Below the pieces are notes generated by a model. The model was not told the DNA's origin. It saw nothing but the letters and a program-made list of their open reading frames with translations, and did no database searches. Positions 50,404 to 56,695 of a stretch of 56,695 nucleotides of DNA are shown here, one piece after another. This DNA is from Dirinaria sp. TL-2023a (Eukaryota): the NCBI GenBank assembly GCA_051941275.1, contig JAVEBF010000012.1, positions 1-56,695 on the forward strand. Direction: 5' to 3'. Positions within the stretch are counted from its first letter, which is position 1. Each line of letters begins with the position of its first letter. The position numbers were made by a program, and so were the translations under genes.

Positions 50404-51233
50404 CAAGAACATCTCTATCAAATTGTGGTCCGCAGATCTGTCGGAATTCGTACAGCGACTGGCAGTAGCACCGTGACCGCGAAGTCTGCATAAAATGGTC
50501 AGCACGCCGCTCCCTTGGCTCGTGGGCAAGATCATAAGATGCTGATCACGACAGTTCGAAGGGTTTGAGGGACGGTTACAATTAGACCTCACGTCCAGGC
50601 GACCAGAGAAAGTACGACCCAAGCTTTACGCATACTTACAATTCTACATGAGACGTATCCAAGTCTTTGACTTTACTCATTATTGCAGCACAGAGCTTAC
50701 TTTAGTACTGGGTCGGCTGATGGATGAATGCGGGTACCTGGATCGACAGGTTGTGGCGTATCTCTCATCACGCCGCCTGTACCCCAGACCTTAGCACTGC
50801 CCTTCGACAGTCATCCTGCCATCCTGGAGGATCATCTCGACGTACATCTGAGCAAAATGCATGTACGTACAAGGGATCGGCAGTAAAATGAAAATAACCC
50901 GATCCTCTCACTTACAGGGTACCAATATACTGTACTTTTACTTGACCCTACTTAGCCTGACTTGACCGCCTGATCGATTCTCACACCGGTGCTCTTGGAA
51001 TCAGCATTTATTACTGTCAAGAATGTGTCTATAATGCGCTGTCTTCCCCGTTGTAATACTATAACAACTTTGACGCATACCAATACCCCAACCTTTTGCA
51101 TAGGAATTGCATAATTATGGAGAAGACACAACATTCCGCTAATCCTTGGGCGATGGCAAGGCGCAAGCTCCATGCACCTGAGGATTGCATTTCCAATCAC
51201 TTTGCCTCTAGGCTTAGACGCCGTGCTCCTGCT

Positions 51234-53742
51234 ATGGCATTGGTATCAAAATGCTGCAAAGTTGTCTTCTCGATCCTCATCTTAGCGCTTTGGTGGAGAT
51301 ACTTTTCCTTATTATGGTCACCATTCCTCAGCCCTTATACATTTCGCTTTCCTTTTTCTTATAATTCGCCCCTATTGCATACGACAACTGGAGGAAGTAG
51401 AGATTGTACGTCGTCTTCGATGGCCATGACCGCTCGTATGTATATGTGGTCCACTTGGAGGCGAGGATGGGCTGAAGATTCCTGCAGTATCCCCATTCAC
51501 GTTCACACCTTTACCACTTGGCTCGATCGCCCCTTTGGGATGGATGCACGACCAAATGCAACTGATGGCAGATGGCCTGGCGGGGCACGAAAAGGATTTC
51601 TATTCTTTCGTGAACGATTCGAGTTGGTTAGGGGGCAAATCGGAATACTCAAATTTGAACGAAGGCTTTCCATATTGGTTCAACGGCGCGGTTCCATTGG
51701 CGTATGGTCTGAACGACACACGCTTGATTGGCCAGGTTCATGATTCTATTGACTATGTGCTTGTGCATCAGCAGCCTGATGGATGGCTGGGTCCCGAGAC
51801 TACAAATGCGACGAGAGACCTATGGGCCCGGTTTCCCCTCTTCTTAGGATTTACGCAAGTAATGGAAGCTGAGCAAAGCCAATCTCAAAGACTTCTACCC
51901 GCAATGTACAAATTCATAAACCTGATGCATTCCATGTTGGTCGCCAATCAGGGCTTCATCGATTATTGGGGTAAGGTCAGATATCAAGACATGCTTATCT
52001 CGCTTCAATGGCTTCACGAGCACGCTCCGAGCAATGATTCACAACTTCTTTTGGATACCATGGATCTCCTCAGGCAGCGCGGGCGCGACTGGGCAGATTA
52101 CTACCAGCGAGGAACTTATATATTCAAAGATTTAGATCTGGTACAGCCACCCATCGGTGGTGACTCCCCTATGTACCCTTGGGTCCATGGAGTTAATGTA
52201 GCTCAGTGTAAGTCCATTGCGCGACTGCCGGTTAGAAACTCTAGCTAATCAACATGCTAGCTCTCAAAGCTGGGGCAGTCATATAGTAAGCCATGGCAGC
52301 GGATTTTGGGTGAGCATCGGTCACTGACCGTGACACAGCAGGTATACTCAGAACGAGACTCAATTGCAGAGCACTCGTGATGCGGTAAATTGGACTTTAA
52401 CCTATCATGGCGACGTTGCGGGAAGTGTTATCGGTGATGAGAGAGAGTCGAACCTGTCTCCGAATCGAGGGTATGTTCGAAAGACTACTATGCCAGTTGA
52501 TCATGACCTGTGCTTACAGGCGCCTTTAGGTCGGAGCTCTGCACGGCAGTTGAGGTAAGGAGCAAGATGCTGTGATAAGATGCCTTTTGTTAACAGCATG
52601 CAGATCATGTATTCTCTCTCATATCTATATCACGTCTTGGGTGACAAGGTTTTCGCGGACCGCTGCGAGCTTGCAGCCTTTAATGTCCTGCCCGCAATGC
52701 TGATGAGCGATCAAGGGGCTCGCCAATACCTCACGCTTGCAAATCAACCATTCAGTGAGAGCATACAAGGATCCAATCCTTGGAACAACGTCGGAGCCGA
52801 TGGTATTATCTACGGATTGGGTAAGATGTTCCTTGTTGCATCTCAGACTGTTGTTAACAAGTTTCAGCGCCAAATTACCCTTGCTGCACGGTCAATCACC
52901 CACAGGGATTGCCCAAGTTTCTGTCGGCATCATTCGTCCGAGTGGGTGTCAATGGAATTGGCCATGCATTACTAACACCTGCTACAATGAAATCCACGAC
53001 CCAATACGGCGTCCAGGTGCAAATCGTTTGCAATACGAAATATCCTTTTGAGAACAGTCTCCACTACTCCATCACAGCGTCTAAACCATTTGACCTTTCT
53101 TTGCGGTTTCCGGACGGTTATGATCCTTCGTCATCTAGCATCACGGTCAATGGTGTCGCAAAAGCCGTTAGCCCAGATCCACACACTGGTATGACTGTGG
53201 TCAGCATCGAAGCGGGGACTTCATCTCTATGCTATGAGCTCCAATCCGCATCTATCCGCGTAGTGCCTCGAGCCAACTCCAGCGTGGCAATCTATCACGG
53301 CTCGCTTCTCTATGCCCTCGATGTCGGGCAGTCGGTCACCACTCTTAATCCCAGCGCTCGTCTGATGGCTAGGGAGGCACTGCCGCCTATCGAGTTCGAG
53401 CCACACGACTATCGGATTACCAACCTCGGGCCGTGGAACATGGCTATTGATACATCCACGCTCGAGTATCATTCGGGTTCGGACAACAGCAGTGCAGACA
53501 GCAGCCTGCCGAGCCCGCTCTGGACTCCAGGTGGACCGCCAAACTCCATTACTGCACGGGGGTGTCAAATCGAATGGCCCGTGGATAGAGGAGTGCCGGC
53601 GCCTGTCCCTCTGCTTGTCAATGGAAGCAGGAAGTGCACTGGCCCAGCAGTAAATGTCACCTTGAGACCATTCGGAAGCCTCAAAATTCACATGGCTGAG
53701 CTGCCAACGGTGGATCTGGGCACGAATGGAACTGTAAGCTGA
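51234..53742 (+). CDS. Glycoside hydrolase family 127 (beta-L-arabinofuranosidase-like, DUF1680), multi-exon, N-terminal hydrophobic anchor; start uncertain
   Basis: PLPLGSIAPLGW, EGFPYWFNG, HGVNVAQ, IGDE, G|SELCTAVE, ELAAFN, PNYPCCTVNHPQG. The ExC and CC pattern matches the Zn/Cys catalytic centre of GH127. Confidence 0.82.
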
Positions 53743-53993
53743 CTGATGAATCAAGCGAGTGGACGGACGATTTTAAGGCAGTATTAATAATGACGCTTGG
53801 ATATTCGAGGGTCTTTCTTGGCTATGAATATATTTAGTGGTATGAGAAACTGGCAGTACCCGTACGGAGCCATTTTCAGCACCGAAGTACACCACAGAGG
53901 ATTCTGATTTCGTGAATGGACTACCTATCTCCGCGATACATGTACGTTGGCTTGAACCAGTACGTAATCTTACTAAAGTGGCCGAGACTACAG

Positions 53994-54186
53994 TACCTTT
54001 ACAGTACCTACCTTACCTTAAGAGATGGGTCCAATACTACTTAGTGATGGAGTAAGTAAGGTAAGGTAAGTAAGGTAGACTTCGAAAAGCACGTGCCGCT
54101 TAGCGTAATATGTAATGGTACAATTTATGCTTTCCGGCCTGCCAGGCTGCCCCTGAAATCTGAATTCTGAATATTACCTTAAGGTA
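53994..54186. repeat. TACCT/AGGTA pentamer arrays in opposite orientations upstream of the ceramide synthase
   Basis: TACCTACCTTACCTTAA at ~54006-54022, GTAAGTAAGGTAAGGTAAGTAAGGTAG at ~54052-54078, and palindrome TACCTTAAGGTA at 54175-54186. Confidence 0.75.
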
Positions 54187-54687
54187 GTGCCGGATGCGGC
54201 AAGTAGCGTGGTAGCATATTGGAAGGTCTGGGCTGGCTCGGCTGGGTATCCGTACTTTGTACAGAGTACGGAGTACAGACTACCTTATGGAATACCGGCC
54301 TCGACGAAAGACGGAAGACGGGAGTGATAATCCATAAAAGTATTTTGGAGGTACGGTATGACCGCATACTGACAGCGTAAGTACTACTAGTCCGTACCGT
54401 GCAAAACCCTCGGCTTTCCCAAGCGTATGACAAACCCATCTTACACATCACAATAATCTCGAGGCTCCTACCTTCGTGGATACCTGAATAATAATATCAA
54501 GGTAACGTTTTAGGGCATTCAGGCGTACTAGAACCTGCCAGATTCGCAGTCTCGCAGTTTCGCAGACTCACTCGCATTCCCGCGCACTCTACTCTGATTG
54601 GCCGAAATCCAACGTCGAATCTTAAAAAAATCCTGAGTTCAGCTGGACAGAAAGACAGATTAACGCAATAGTAATAATAATAATAAT

Positions 54688-56355
54688 ATGTCGCAAACCG
54701 CCCAATCTTTCGCTGCTGCCTCCATACGCCATCAACAGCCTCAGAGTTTCAGACCTTCTTCCTCAGAGCGAGACAGCATGCCTCGACCTCGACGGCAACA
54801 AGGCGGCCTCGGCGCTGGGCTTAGGGGAAACACTGGAGCGTCAGCTTTTTCAACGTTAGAACCTACACCTACTTTCGTCTCGCCCCCCTTGTCGCCTGTG
54901 AGTCTCTCTGTGGATGAACTGCGCGTGTCATCAATTGACTTCTCTCAGCGCAACTCCCAAACCAAAACCTCCCGTCCTCACTCCAAACGCCGGAAAGCCA
55001 ACAATCACATACGCCGCTGGATCCGGCGATGGAAAACATACTCCTTTCACCACACATGGCTCAATCCACTCATCCTCATCATCATCACCCTTTCGCTTTA
55101 CGCCCTCAACCCGACCCCGAGCAATCCTCTTCACAGCGCCATCTTCCTGTCCTACCCGCTCTCCTCCGACCACCAATTCATTCCCGACTATGTCCGCTCG
55201 AACCTTGACGCCCCGACGCACTATGGCAAGGGCAAACGCGACTTCGCCTTCGTGGCCTTCTACATCGTTGTCCTGACTTTCACCCGCGAATTCCTCATGC
55301 AGCGCCTCATCCGGCCTCTTGCGATATACAGTGGGATCCGCTCACGCGGCAAGCAAAACCGCTTCATGGAACAAGCATACACAGCCATTTACTTCAGCAT
55401 CTTCGGCCCCTTCGGACTCTATGTCATGTCACGCACGCCGGTATGGTACTTTAACACTGATGGTATGTTTGCTGGGTTTCCACATCGGAGCCACGAGGGA
55501 ATGTTTAAGGCCTATTACCTACTGCAAGCTAGCTACTGGGCCCAGCAGGCCATCGTCCTGTGCTTACTGCTGGAAAAGCCGCGGAAGGATTTCAAGGAGC
55601 TCGTGGGCCACCACATCGTCACACTGACCTTGATCGGGCTGAGTTACCGATTTCATTTCACGTACATGGGCTTGGCGGTGTACATCACACATGACATTAG
55701 CGATTTCTTCCTCGCAGTACGTTTTCCCTGGCTCCTCTATCCCTATCTCCGCGTCCATTTGACCATGCTCAACTATCTGATTCCCATACCGTAGTCGTCC
55801 AAAACCCTCAACTACATCTCTTCCCCGATCGTGGTTCCCTACTTCTCGCTCTTCATCGTCATCTGGGTCTACCTGCGGCACTACATCAACCTGTGCATTC
55901 TCTACGCCGTCCTGACCACCTTCCGCACTGTCGGTCCCTTCGAACTGAACTGGGAAACCCAGCAGTACAAATGTTGGATTTCGCAGTACATCACCTTCTC
56001 CCTGATTGCGGTTCTGCAGGGCATCAATCTCTTCTGGCTGTACTTCATCCTCAGGGTCGCGTTCAACGTCGTGTACAGGGACACAACGAAGGATGTCAGA
56101 AGTGATGATGAAGAAGAAGAGGAGGAGGAGGAGGATGATGAGCGGAAACATAAGCGGGAGCAACGCAGTGATGAACGGATTGAGGGCGTGGAGAAGGTAG
56201 AGGCGGGGAAGGAGGAGGTTGTTGCTAACGGAATGGCGGAGGGGAAGATGAATGGGTACAGGGCTAGAAAGGTGAAAGCAGGAAAAGGTGCAGCTCCTGA
56301 CGAGGCGAGCTCTGTGGAGGCTGGGGAAGAGCAGGAGCGCAAGAAACAGAGATAG
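54688..56355 (+). CDS. Ceramide synthase (Lag1/Lac1, TLC domain), intron ~55717-55794
   Basis: YGKGKRDFAFVAFY, RFMEQ, Lag1p motif EKPRKDFKELVGHHIVT...HDISDFFLA, WVYLRHYIN, LQGINLFW..IL, acidic tail DVRSDDEEE. Confidence 0.93.
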
Positions 56356-56695
56356 CATGCATCTTGGCGAAAGTTATAGAGGAGATGACTGGGATTGGCT
56401 ACGACTCTATTCGCTTATTTTTCTAATGGTCGTCAGGCGCAGGATGTTACCGATCCTGGATTCTCATGTTTGTACATACAATATTGGCGAGCAGTCATCG
56501 AGAGAAATTCCACCATACCTCCTTGATGTCGTTGTATATAAAATTTAGTTCATAGGATTCGGGCACGCAAATGACAAGAAAGTCAAAAGGAAAAGCAAGT
56601 CATTCAGGATGAAAACGAGTACCATTGAAAGAAACGAGAATCATCGAAAGGGCGCCTATATACAACCGCCTACCACTCAGTAGTGACCTTTACCC

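Noticed and set aside
55564..56358. 264-aa minus-strand ORF (and similar antisense ORFs at 42046+, 28607-, 37228-, 53227-)
   Set aside because: Shadow or alternate-frame ORFs produced by codon bias of the well-supported overlapping genes.

Overview
Gene-dense, intron-rich chromosomal region of a filamentous ascomycete (Pezizomycotina-type short GT-AG introns with CTRAC/CTAAY branch points). It is not prokaryotic, and I found no rRNA, tRNA or CRISPR. About 22 protein-coding genes, in order: a frameshifted 6-phosphogluconate dehydrogenase paralog, a hypothetical protein, DNA ligase IV, a secreted amidase, an Irs4-like EH protein, Ase1/PRC1, CSN5, mitochondrial glutamyl-tRNA synthetase, an Xdj1/Ydj1-type DnaJ, an HGT1-like sugar porter, a DHA1 MFS transporter, a Ubc6-type E2, PalH/Rim21, a FluG-like amidohydrolase-GS fusion, a DUF1348/SnoaL-like protein, RPL32, a Rib2/Pus9-type pseudouridine synthase, a thioesterase, an F-box-like protein, a GH127 glycosidase and a Lag1/Lac1 ceramide synthase. 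The most unusual signals are non-coding or splice-level: (1) a 559-bp TG..CA non-autonomous DNA transposon with long TIRs, a CTTA 4-bp target duplication and telomere-like CTAGGGTT subrepeats; (2) an ~800-bp foldback made of two tail-to-tail copies of a decayed ORF; (3) a second ~260-bp MITE; (4) a 278-nt intron clamped by a perfect 15-bp stem; (5) a start codon apparently split by an intron (A|TG); (6) a 3-nt microexon; (7) a GC-AG intron and an apparent GT-GG intron; (8) AAGGTA/TACCTT arrays and long, mostly GTAC-containing palindromes concentrated in intergenic DNA. All calls were made by eye, without database searches. Exon boundaries are my own reconstructions.
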